DNA from: an uncultured Sphingomonadaceae bacterium
Lineage (GTDB): Bacteria; Pseudomonadota; Alphaproteobacteria; Sphingomonadales; Sphingomonadaceae
Length of the DNA: 55,472 nucleotides
Reading direction: 5' to 3'
Assembly (NCBI GenBank): GCA_964632055.1
Contig: CAZWEY010000001.1
Location: forward strand, 1-55,472
Shown: positions 9,389 to 17,913 of the stretch, piece by piece
Numbering within the stretch: position 1 is the first letter of the stretch
Layout: every line of letters begins with the position of its first letter
Translations under genes and position numbers: made by a program
The notes under the pieces: generated by a model
What the model was told of the DNA's origin: nothing
Databases searched by the model: none
What the model saw: the letters and a program-made list of their open reading frames with translations, nothing else

Positions 9389-10570
9389 TCAGCCGCGCGG
9401 CAGTTCGAGCATGCGCTCGGCCACGATGTTGCGCTGAATTTCGTTGGAGCCGCCGGCGATGTTCCACTGGTAGGAGTTCATGAAGTCGAACATCCAGTTG
9501 CTGGTCTCATAGCCAGCGCCCAGCACGTAATCCTCGAAATACTGGCTGCCGATGCCTTGCAGGCGGACGCCAAGATCGGCGTAATCGCGCAGGATGCGAG
9601 CATAAGCCAGCTTGAGGATCGAGGCATCGCCCAGTTGCTCGTTGCCGGCGGCCTTGCGGACCATGGCTTCTGCCACCATTGCGCGCAGGGCCTCGACCTT
9701 GGCGGTGACATCGACGATGCGGCGGCGGTCTTCGACATCAATGGAATCCGCAGCGGCACCGCCCTTGGTCGCCGCTTCGAGCAGGCGCCAGAGCGAGCCG
9801 TAAAGCCGCTCCACCAGTTCCACCAGCGTCAGGCCGCGTTCGGAAGACAGCGTGACCTGCGCAACCCCCCATCCGGCGTTTTCCTCGCCCACCCGGTTTT
9901 CGACGGGGATACGGACATTGTCGAGGAACATTTCGGCAAATTCCTCGTCGCCGGTGATCTGCTTGATCGGGCGCACGTCAATGCCGGGCGTTTTCATGTC
10001 CATCAGCAGGAAAGTGATGCCGGCCTGCTTCTTCGCGTCGGGGTCGGTGCGGACGAGCAGCAGGCAATGATCGGCAAACTGGCCGAGCGTCGACCAGATC
10101 TTCTGACCGTTCACCACGTAATGATCGCCGTCGAGCACTGCGCGGGTTTTCAAGGAGGCAAGGTCGGAACCGGCGCCCGGCTCGGAAAAGCCCTGCACCC
10201 AGACTTCACCCTTGAGGATGCCGGGGAGGTATTTTTCCTTTTGCGCCTGCGTACCGCATTCCTGCAGCGTCATGGCAGCGTGATAAAGCGAGACGAAGAA
10301 CAGGCTCATGCGCGGCGCGTCGCCACGGGCCATTTCCTCGAAGATCACGACCTGTTCGGCAAGGCTGCGCCCGCCGCCCGGCCATTCATGTTCCCAGTGC
10401 GGGGTGGCGTAGCCGGCTTCCACCAGATTCGCCAGCCATTCGCGCTGGCATTCAAGGAAGCTTTCGACATTGTCGCCGGTCTGGCGCGCGCGCCAATTGG
10501 CCGGGACGTTCTTCGGGATCCATTCGCGCACTTCGCGGCGCAGTTGGTCGAGATTGGGGGCTTCGCTCAT
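9389..10570 (-). CDS. acyl-CoA dehydrogenase
   Basis: It shows ACAD N, M and C domain patterns (GFSEPGAGSDLASLKT, GQKIWST, IAGGSNEIQRNIVAE). An AAGGAG RBS precedes the start. Confidence 0.9.
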   Translation of the reverse strand: MSEAPNLDQLRREVREWIPKNVPANWRARQTGDNVESFLECQREWLANLVEAGYATPHWEHEWPGGGRSLAEQVVIFEEMARGDAPRMSLFFVSLYHAAMTLQECGTQAQKEKYLPGILKGEVWVQGFSEPGAGSDLASLKTRAVLDGDHYVVNGQKIWSTLGQFADHCLLLVRTDPDAKKQAGITFLLMDMKTPGIDVRPIKQITGDEEFAEMFLDNVRIPVENRVGEENAGWGVAQVTLSSERGLTLVELVERLYGSLWRLLEAATKGGAAADSIDVEDRRRIVDVTAKVEALRAMVAEAMVRKAAGNEQLGDASILKLAYARILRDYADLGVRLQGIGSQYFEDYVLGAGYETSNWMFDFMNSYQWNIAGGSNEIQRNIVAERMLELPRG

Positions 10571-10584
10571 CTGATCGATGCTCC

Positions 10585-11388
10585 TTACTTGCCAGTGAAG
10601 ACGGGCTTGCGCTTCTCGAGGAAGGCGGCAACCGCTTCGTCATGGTCGCTGGTGGTGTGGGCGATCGCCTGATAGGCGGCCGACGTCTCCAGAATGTTCT
10701 TGAGGCTGGTCTGGTAGCCTTCGCGCAGCAGCCGCTTAGTCATGCGCACGGCATGAGGCGGCTTGGAAGCGATCTTGCGGGCGATCTCCATCGCCGTATC
10801 GAGCAACTGGTCGGCCGGAACAACGCGCGAGACGAGCCCGCAGGCAAGAGCTTCCTCGGCGTTCAGCATGTCGCCGGTGAAGGCCATTTCCACCGCCTTG
10901 GCAAAGCCCACGATCCGCGGGACCAGCCACGCGCCGCCATCGCCCGGCACGATGCCGAGATTGACGAAGCTTTCGGCAAAGCGGGCATGTTCGCTCGCGA
11001 TGCGGATGTCGCACATGCAGGTAAGGTCGCAGCCCGCACCGATCGCCGCGCCATTGACGGCGGCGATCACGGGGACTTCAAGGCCCTCGAACAGCAGCGG
11101 CAATTGCTGGATGCCGTCCTTGTAGCCGCGCCGGGTCAGCGCCGCCGTGCCACGATTGATGTCGCCGCCGGGCTTCATCGAATGGATGTTGCCGCCCGAC
11201 GAGAACGATTTGCCCGCGCCGGTAAGGATGACGACCCGCACGTCAAGGTTGGCGTCGGCGGCTTCCATCTCGGCCACCAGCGCCTTGATCATCGCAGGCT
11301 CGGACACCGGATTGTGCAGCTCCGGCATGTTCATGGTGAGCGTGAGGATGCCCTCTGCACTCAGTTCCTTGAGGATCAGTTCGCTCAC
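10585..11388 (-). CDS. enoyl-CoA hydratase/isomerase (crotonase family)
   Basis: Crotonase blocks seen are VVILTGAGKSFSSGGN and AAVNGAAIGAGCDL. The GTG start overlaps the SDR stop (GTGA). Confidence 0.9.
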   Translation of the reverse strand: MSELILKELSAEGILTLTMNMPELHNPVSEPAMIKALVAEMEAADANLDVRVVILTGAGKSFSSGGNIHSMKPGGDINRGTAALTRRGYKDGIQQLPLLFEGLEVPVIAAVNGAAIGAGCDLTCMCDIRIASEHARFAESFVNLGIVPGDGGAWLVPRIVGFAKAVEMAFTGDMLNAEEALACGLVSRVVPADQLLDTAMEIARKIASKPPHAVRMTKRLLREGYQTSLKNILETSAAYQAIAHTTSDHDEAVAAFLEKRKPVFTGK

Positions 11389-12146
11389 TTCGCAGGCATC
11401 CTGTACGCGGCGTCGACGCGGATCGTCTCGCCGTTGACATAGGGGTTTTCGATCAGCTGCTGGGCCATCATCGCGAATTCGTTGGGGCGGCCGAGGCGGC
11501 GCGGATTGGGGATGCCCGAAGCCAGCTTGTCGATCACCTCTTGCGGGTGGCGGCTGAGGATCGGGGTGTGGAACACGCCCGGCGCGATGGTGTTGACGCG
11601 GATCTGCTTGCCCGAAAGATCGCGCGCGGCAACCAGCGTCATGCCGACCACGCCCGCCTTGGACGAGGCATAGGGGATCTGGCCGATCTGGCCTTCCCAG
11701 GCGGCGATGGAGGCGGTCATGATCACCACGCCGCGCTCATCGTCAACCAGATCGTGCTTGGCCATGCGGGCAGCGGCAAGGCGCAGCACGTTGAAGCTGC
11801 CGATGAGGTTGAGGTTGATGATTGCGGAATAATCGGCGAGCGAGCCGGGATTGCCCTCCTTGTCAAGCACGCGAACCGTCGCACCGCGACCGGCGCAGTG
11901 GACCACGGCACGAAGGGCGCCGAGCTTGTCGGCAGCGTCAAGCGCGGCGTTCATCTGTTCTTCGCTGGTGACGTCGGCAGGCGCGAACACGCCGCCCAGT
12001 TCCTTCGCCACGTTCTCGCCATCAGAGGTGGGCAGGTCGACGATCACGACCTTTGCGCCTTTCGCGGCAAGAGCTTCCGCCGTCGCGCGGCCAAGGCCCG
12101 ATGCACCGCCGGTGACCAGCGCCACCATGTCCGAATTGATCTGCAT
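11385..12146 (-). CDS. SDR, type-II 3-hydroxyacyl-CoA dehydrogenase (HSD17B10-like)
   Basis: It has VALVTGGASGLGRATAEAL, the catalytic YASSK, and overall resemblance to 3-hydroxy-2-methylbutyryl-CoA dehydrogenases. Confidence 0.85.
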   Translation of the reverse strand: MQINSDMVALVTGGASGLGRATAEALAAKGAKVVIVDLPTSDGENVAKELGGVFAPADVTSEEQMNAALDAADKLGALRAVVHCAGRGATVRVLDKEGNPGSLADYSAIINLNLIGSFNVLRLAAARMAKHDLVDDERGVVIMTASIAAWEGQIGQIPYASSKAGVVGMTLVAARDLSGKQIRVNTIAPGVFHTPILSRHPQEVIDKLASGIPNPRRLGRPNEFAMMAQQLIENPYVNGETIRVDAAYRMPAK

Positions 12147-12173
12147 GTCTCGTCTTCCCTCTGTTCGTCTGAA

Positions 12174-13361
12174 TCAAATACGTTCGATGATCGTGGCGTT
12201 GGCCATGCCGCTCGCCTCGCACATGGTCTGCAGGCCATAGCGGGCGCCGCTGCGCTCCATGGCGTTGAGCATGGTCGCCATCAGCTTCGCGCCCGATGCG
12301 CCGAGCGGGTGGCCGGTGGAGATCGCGCCGCCAACCGGGTTCAGCTTCTCCATCGGCGCGCCGATTTCGCGCTGCCAGGCGAGCGGAACCGAAGCGAAGG
12401 CCTCGTTCACTTCGAAATGGTCGATGTCGCTGGCCGAAAGTCCGGCCTTCTTCAGCGCCATCTTCGTGGCCGGGATCGGCGCAGTCAGCATCAGCAGCAT
12501 GTCATCGCCCACCACCGAATAGGAGACGAAGCGCGCGCGGGGCTTGAGACCCAGCTTGTTCGCCATCGCCTCGCTCATGATGAGGGCGGCGGCCGCGCCA
12601 TCGACGATCTGCGAGCTGTTGCCCGCCGTCACCGCCCAGTTCACATGCGGGAAGCGGGCGCGCATTTCCTCGCTGCCGAACACCGGCTCCAGCGTGGAAA
12701 GCCCCTCCATGTTGGTGCCGGGGCGGATCACCTCGTCCTTCTCGAACAGGCCATTCGGCGTCATGATCGGCACGATTTCGTTGTCGAAGTCGCCGTTCGC
12801 CTGCGCGGCGGCGGCCAATGCATGCGAGCGCACCGCGAGTTCGTCCATCTCGGTGCGGCTGATGTTCCATTTGTTGGCGACGAGGTCCGCCGCCACGCCT
12901 TGTCCGACAAGGCCTTCGGGGTAACGCTTGGCGATGCCTTCGCCGAACACATCCGCGCCCATGCGCGCGCTGCCCATCGGCACGCGGCTCATCGATTCGA
13001 TGCCGCCTGCGATGACGATGTCATGCGCGCCCGCGGCAATGGCCTGGGCTGCGAAATGGATCGACTGCTGGGCCGAGCCGCAGCGGCGGTCGATCGTGGT
13101 GCCGGGAACGTGTTCTGGATATCCGGCGGCGAGCCATGCCGAACGGGCGGGCGTGACCGATTGTTCCGCCGCCTGGCTGACGCAGCCCATGATCACGTCC
13201 TCGACGAGGCCCGGATCGATCTGGTTGCGTTCGACAAGGCCTTTCAGAACCTGAGAGAGGAGGTCGACCGGGTGCACCCCGCTCAGCGCGCCCTTGCCCG
13301 CCTTGCCGCGCCCGATGGGGGAGCGGACGATATCCACGATGACGGGGGTGTTCTGGGTCAT
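12174..13361 (-). CDS. thiolase (acetyl-CoA C-acyltransferase)
   Basis: It has the nucleophile region IDRRCGSAQQSI plus the NEAFA and GHPLGASGAKL blocks. Confidence 0.9.
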   Translation of the reverse strand: MTQNTPVIVDIVRSPIGRGKAGKGALSGVHPVDLLSQVLKGLVERNQIDPGLVEDVIMGCVSQAAEQSVTPARSAWLAAGYPEHVPGTTIDRRCGSAQQSIHFAAQAIAAGAHDIVIAGGIESMSRVPMGSARMGADVFGEGIAKRYPEGLVGQGVAADLVANKWNISRTEMDELAVRSHALAAAAQANGDFDNEIVPIMTPNGLFEKDEVIRPGTNMEGLSTLEPVFGSEEMRARFPHVNWAVTAGNSSQIVDGAAAALIMSEAMANKLGLKPRARFVSYSVVGDDMLLMLTAPIPATKMALKKAGLSASDIDHFEVNEAFASVPLAWQREIGAPMEKLNPVGGAISTGHPLGASGAKLMATMLNAMERSGARYGLQTMCEASGMANATIIERI

Positions 13362-13470
13362 GGTCGGTTTTCCTTGTCGAGCCGCAACAGCATGGGCGCC
13401 GGCGGCAGAATATGCGAGTCTTCCAGTGCGATAAGAGCGGGCGGGAGCCAGCGCAAGCCAAGCTCTTTGT

Positions 13471-14628
13471 CTATGTCAGCACATGATCGTCGGTGGAGGC
13501 ATCATAGGCGCGGAACGGCTCACCCCGGCGAACCTTGGCGGCCCAGTGCGCATCGCCCATCATGGCGCGGCCCACCGCGACGAGATCGAACTCGCCCGCC
13601 GCGATGCGCGGCAGCAGCAAGCCGGTGTTGTCGCTGACGTCCGACAGTGCCCTGGTGTCGTATTTGCCTCGATTGATGCCGACGCCACCCACGGTCATGG
13701 CCAGCTTGCCGGTGAGCTTCTTCGCCCAACCCGCAAGGTTGAGTTCCGAGCCTTCGAAGGCGGGGCTGGCGAAATAGCGGATGGAGCCGTCGAACACGTC
13801 GACGCCCGCTTGCGCCAGTGGCAGCAGCACTTCGGCGAGTTCATCCGGGTTTGCAGCGATAGAGCCCTTGAAGTCCTGTAGCTTCCATTGCGAGAAGCGG
13901 AAGACAATCGGGTAATCCTCGCCGATGGCGGCGCGGATGCGGCGCACGATTTCGACCGGAAAACGCATCCGCTTTGCCCGGCTGCCGCCCCATTGGTCTG
14001 TGCGCTGGTTGGTTTCTTCCCAGATGAACTGGTCAATGAGATAGCCATGCCCGCCATGCAGCGCGATGCCGTCAAAGCCCACTGCGATGGCGTTGACCGC
14101 GCAGCGCACGAAGGCGTCGATGATCTGCTCGATTTCGGCTTCGGAGAGCGCTTCTCCGATCCGCACATCCTTGGGGATGGCGCGTTCGAGAATGGAGGTC
14201 ATGCGGCCTTCCGGCCCCCAGATGCCCGACGGGCTGACCGAGGGAAGATCGGGGAACGGGCCGGTGCCGGGGATGCGCATGGCGCCCTGGTGCCACAGCT
14301 GCGGAATGATCTTCGCGCCGGCAGCATGGGCCTGGTCGACCACCTCGCGCCAGCCCGCCAGCGCCTTGTCGCCGACAAGGAAAGGCACGTCGCGCTCGTC
14401 AAGCCCGGCATCGCCGCTCGATACAGGGTGATCGACCGCGACGGCCTCGGTGATGATGAGGCCGGTCTCGCCTTCGGCGCGGCGGCGGTAATAGGCGGCC
14501 ACATCCGGGCCGGGGATGCCGTCGGGCGAAAAGCCGCGCGTCATCGGCGACATGACGATGCGGTTGCGCAACGTCATGGAGCGGATCGTCAGCGGCTGGA
14601 ACAACAGCTCGCGCGAGTGATCGGCCAT
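13471..14628 (-). CDS. Old Yellow Enzyme family NADH:flavin oxidoreductase
   Basis: It has LFQPLTIRSMTLRNRIVMSPMT and LHGGHGYLIDQF. The start moves to MADHS (ATG 14628), 2 nt after the upstream ACAD stop. Confidence 0.85.
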   Translation of the reverse strand: MADHSRELLFQPLTIRSMTLRNRIVMSPMTRGFSPDGIPGPDVAAYYRRRAEGETGLIITEAVAVDHPVSSGDAGLDERDVPFLVGDKALAGWREVVDQAHAAGAKIIPQLWHQGAMRIPGTGPFPDLPSVSPSGIWGPEGRMTSILERAIPKDVRIGEALSEAEIEQIIDAFVRCAVNAIAVGFDGIALHGGHGYLIDQFIWEETNQRTDQWGGSRAKRMRFPVEIVRRIRAAIGEDYPIVFRFSQWKLQDFKGSIAANPDELAEVLLPLAQAGVDVFDGSIRYFASPAFEGSELNLAGWAKKLTGKLAMTVGGVGINRGKYDTRALSDVSDNTGLLLPRIAAGEFDLVAVGRAMMGDAHWAAKVRRGEPFRAYDASTDDHVLT

Positions 14629-14630
14629 GC

Positions 14631-15812
14631 TCAGAGCGACCTTGCGATGAGCAACTTCATGATCTCGCTCGCCCCGCCATAGATGCGGAAGCCGCGCGCA
14701 TCCTTGTACATCTCGGCGATGGGATATTCGAGAATGTAGCCATAGCCGCCATGCAGCTGGAGACACTCGTCCACGATCTCGCCCTGCGCCTCGCTGATCC
14801 AAAGCTTGGCCATCGATGCTGTCGCGGCGTCGAGTTTCTTGTCCAGCAGCAGTTCGGTGCACTGGTAAAGGAAGCTCTTGCCGACGGTCGCCTTGGTCTT
14901 GCACTCGGCCAGCTTGAACTGGGTGTTCTGCATGTCGAACAGCGTCTTGCCGAACATCTTGCGGTCGCGGGTATATTCCGTGGTCTTGGCGATCGCGCTT
15001 TCGATCATGCCGATCGCCTGCCAGGCGATGACGAGGCGCTCCTTGGGCAGTTCGGTCATCAGCATCGCAAAGCCGCGCCCCTCGCCGCCCAGCAGGTTTT
15101 CGGCAGGCACGCGCATGTCGTTGAAGAACAGCTCGGCGGTATCGCGCGCTTCCTGGCCCAGCTTGTGCAGCAGCTTGCCGCGCTCGAAACCGGGGGTCTT
15201 GTCGGTATCGACAATGAACAGCGAGATGCCTTTGGCGCCTGCGGCCGGGTCGGTTTTGGCGGCGACGATCACCAGATTGGCATGATGGCCGTTGGAGATG
15301 AAGGTCTTCTGGCCGTTGATGACGTAATGGTCGCCATCTTTCACCGCGGTGGTGCGCATACCCTGAAGGTCGGAGCCGGCGCCCGGCTCGGTCATGGCGA
15401 CGGCGCAGATATAGTCTCCGGTCATGGTGCCGGGCAGGAATTTCTGCTTCTGCTCTTCGGTGCCGTAATTGACGATATAGGGCACGACCACAGTGTTGTG
15501 CAGCGGCTGCGCGAAGTTGAGCGCATCGTTGACGCCAAGACGCTCCATCAGCAGCGCGTCGTAACGGAAATCGAGGCCGGGGCCACCATAGGCTTCGGGA
15601 ATAGAGGTGCCGAGCAGGCCGCTTTCGCCCGCAGCCAGCCAGACTTCGCGATCGACGTAGCCTTGCTGGCGATAGCTTGCGCTCTTTTCAGGGGTGAAAT
15701 GCTCGGCACAGAACTTGTCCATGACATCTTCGAGCATCCGCAGTTCTTCGGTATCCATGAAAGCGGGACGCGGCAGATCGATCGCAGCCAAAGCCAGGCT
15801 CCTGTTCAACAA
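14631..15812 (-). CDS. acyl-CoA dehydrogenase
   Basis: ACAD blocks seen are MTEPGAGSDLQGMRT, GQKTFISNG and QLHGGYGYILEYPIAEMYKDARGFRIYGGASEIM. The start is uncertain (TTG 15812 or ATG 15758). Confidence 0.88.
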   Translation of the reverse strand: MLNRSLALAAIDLPRPAFMDTEELRMLEDVMDKFCAEHFTPEKSASYRQQGYVDREVWLAAGESGLLGTSIPEAYGGPGLDFRYDALLMERLGVNDALNFAQPLHNTVVVPYIVNYGTEEQKQKFLPGTMTGDYICAVAMTEPGAGSDLQGMRTTAVKDGDHYVINGQKTFISNGHHANLVIVAAKTDPAAGAKGISLFIVDTDKTPGFERGKLLHKLGQEARDTAELFFNDMRVPAENLLGGEGRGFAMLMTELPKERLVIAWQAIGMIESAIAKTTEYTRDRKMFGKTLFDMQNTQFKLAECKTKATVGKSFLYQCTELLLDKKLDAATASMAKLWISEAQGEIVDECLQLHGGYGYILEYPIAEMYKDARGFRIYGGASEIMKLLIARSL

Positions 15813-15903
15813 AAAGATGCGCCGGCCTTAATCGGCCTGAGGCACAATGCCAATGCCGGAATGCAAGCGCGATAAAAACCCGATCTTACGGGCAGGTAAG
15901 GCC

Positions 15904-16932
15904 TCAGGCGCTGCCTGCGATGCGCAGTTCCAGGTCATCCATGGCGAATGCCTCTTCCGCCTCGCGGACCCCTTCCCCTTCGCCCTTGCGGAATTTGCGG
16001 GGCGGGCAGCCGAAGGCGGATTTGAACATGCGGCTGAAATGGGCCGCGCTCTTGAAGCCCGACATATAGGCGATTTCATGGATCGGATAATCACGGGTTG
16101 CTGCCGAGAGCAGCAGATCGCGGGCCTTGGCCAGTCGGTTGCGCCACAACAGGCGCGAGAAGGAGGTGCGGTTGGCTTTCAGCACATAGCACAGATAGCG
16201 CGGAGAGATGCCGCAATTGCTGGCGACCCGCTCGAAGGAAAGATCCGGGTCGGTCAGGTTCATCAATATGTAGTTCTGGATGTCCGACAGGCGCTTGGCA
16301 ACCAGCTGCTGGCGCCGCGAAATATCCGCCTGCTGTCCTTCGAGGTGATCAGCCAGCGCAACCAGCAGGCCCTCGGAGAGATGTTTGGCGGCGCTGCGGC
16401 TCAGATGTTCGCCGTCCTTGACCAGCAGGGCGAGAATATCCTGCACGATCCTGCCTTGCGGCGTGTCGAGATCGACAGGATGCATGAGCTTGTCGGCTTC
16501 CTGTAGATGCATTAGGAACATCGGACCGGGCACGACCAGCTGGAAGCTCTCATATTCGCCATTGTCATCGCAGATCGTCTTGACCTGGAAGGGGGCGCTG
16601 GAGTCGACAACGCCCATCTGGCCGCGGGACACATCGCAAACGCCTTGCGATCGCACGATCCGCAAGGTTCCCTTGCGAACGAACCAGATCGTGCGGAAAC
16701 CCACCTTGTTGCCACGGATATGCGGCCAGCCCCGGCGATAGGACGTGTCGCAACGAGCAGAAAGGCGGGTCAGGGAAACAGGAAAGGACAAGCCTTTTTC
16801 AAGCCTGACATCGGCCTGATCGAGCGATTCGATCTCGAGATCGCCGTCGTAGAATTCACGGGCAGAGACAGCCGCCCATCTGGTGAAGTCATCGGGCGAC
16901 ACCTTGCCGTCCGAAATAAACAGATTCTGCAT
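15904..16932 (-). CDS. AraC family transcriptional regulator
   Basis: It has the C-terminal double HTH (ISPRYLCYVLK, IHEIAYMSGFKSAAHFSRMFKSAFGCPP) and an N-terminal cupin-like sensor domain. Confidence 0.9.
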   Translation of the reverse strand: MQNLFISDGKVSPDDFTRWAAVSAREFYDGDLEIESLDQADVRLEKGLSFPVSLTRLSARCDTSYRRGWPHIRGNKVGFRTIWFVRKGTLRIVRSQGVCDVSRGQMGVVDSSAPFQVKTICDDNGEYESFQLVVPGPMFLMHLQEADKLMHPVDLDTPQGRIVQDILALLVKDGEHLSRSAAKHLSEGLLVALADHLEGQQADISRRQQLVAKRLSDIQNYILMNLTDPDLSFERVASNCGISPRYLCYVLKANRTSFSRLLWRNRLAKARDLLLSAATRDYPIHEIAYMSGFKSAAHFSRMFKSAFGCPPRKFRKGEGEGVREAEEAFAMDDLELRIAGSA

Positions 16933-16999
16933 GGCTTAGCCTTGCCTTTCCGCTTCCGTGGCGGAGTGTGGGCAGTGTCTCGTCGGCATCGCTCCACGC

Positions 17000-17015
17000 G
17001 GGACTCGCGAGTCCC
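17000..17015. promoter_or_regulatory. perfect 16-bp palindrome GGGACTCGCGAGTCCC
   Basis: Read directly. It lies 68-83 nt upstream of the AraC start (16932) and 135 nt downstream of the gloB stop. It could be an operator or a hairpin. Confidence 0.35.
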
Positions 17016-17150
17016 TCCGCATCTCTCTGATCACAGAGAAACACGCATCAGCCATACGGTCAATATATTTGACTTACACCGCACAGTAGATGCGCCAACA
17101 TGGAAAAACCTGCGCCAAGCATCACGAAAAACAGGGGGCTTGGTGGAGGG

Positions 17151-17897
17151 TCAGCCTTTGAAATTGTCCTTGGCTGCACGAATCTCTGCGAAGGCATCTG
17201 CCGGATTTTCTGCTGATGACAGCACGGGAGCGCGCAGGAAGGGGTTGGTGGCCAGCTCTTCGCCGATGGTGGTCGGCACGGTCGGCTGACCGCATTCCCG
17301 CAGGCGTTCGACCTGCCGGATGCGCGCGGCCAGTTGCTCCGAGGAATCGACGCTGGCTGCAAAGCGCGCATTGCCGAGTGTATATTCATGCGCGCTGTAG
17401 ACCACCGTATCGGCTGGCAGGGCGGCCAGCCGGGAGAGGCTTTCCCACATCTGCTCGAACGTGCCTTCGAACACTCGTCCGCAGCCGAGCGGGAACAGAG
17501 TGTCGCCCACAAAGACCTTCTGCGCCGCCGCCGAGTGATAGCAGACATGGCCCAGAGTATGCCCGCCGGTGTCGATCACCTCGAAAGCGGTCTCGCCGAG
17601 CATCACGGTGTCGCCATGCCCGACGATCCTGTCGACCGGGAAATGCTCCTTCACCTCGGCCGGGCCAACCAGCTCTGCGCCGAAACGGGCCTTTACCGCC
17701 TCGTTGCCGCCGGCATGGTCGGGGTGCCAATGGGTGTTGAGCACCATGTCGATGGCCCAGCCCACCTGTTCGGCCGCAGCGATGACCGCATCGCCATCGG
17801 GGGTGTCTATGCAGCCCACCTTGCCGGTTGCTTCATCACGGATGAGAAATCCGTAATTATCATCGAGACAGGCGAACTGGTGGACCTTCAAAGACAT
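17151..17897 (-). CDS. gloB: hydroxyacylglutathione hydrolase-type MBL-fold thioesterase
   Basis: It has the metal motif NTHWHPDHAGGN and a C-terminal GloB-like segment HEYTLGNARFA. The start moves to MSLKVHQF (ATG 17897), 16 nt after the ACAD stop. Confidence 0.8.
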   Translation of the reverse strand: MSLKVHQFACLDDNYGFLIRDEATGKVGCIDTPDGDAVIAAAEQVGWAIDMVLNTHWHPDHAGGNEAVKARFGAELVGPAEVKEHFPVDRIVGHGDTVMLGETAFEVIDTGGHTLGHVCYHSAAAQKVFVGDTLFPLGCGRVFEGTFEQMWESLSRLAALPADTVVYSAHEYTLGNARFAASVDSSEQLAARIRQVERLRECGQPTVPTTIGEELATNPFLRAPVLSSAENPADAFAEIRAAKDNFKG

Positions 17898-17913
17898 GGG
17901 GCAGCGCTTTCGT

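Noticed and set aside
9074-10672. 532-aa plus-strand ORF, and other 370-470-aa antisense ORFs (4453-5661, 6898-8046, 8043-9437, 14751-15875, 22877-24049, 41256-42665, 44441-45646, 46566-47726, 51377-52342)
   Set aside because: All lie opposite genes with strong family motifs and correct operon spacing. They are treated as non-coding shadows of the GC3-rich frames.
11541-13637. 698-aa plus-strand ORF
   Set aside because: It is antisense to the SDR and thiolase genes, which carry clear catalytic motifs. It has shadow-ORF composition.
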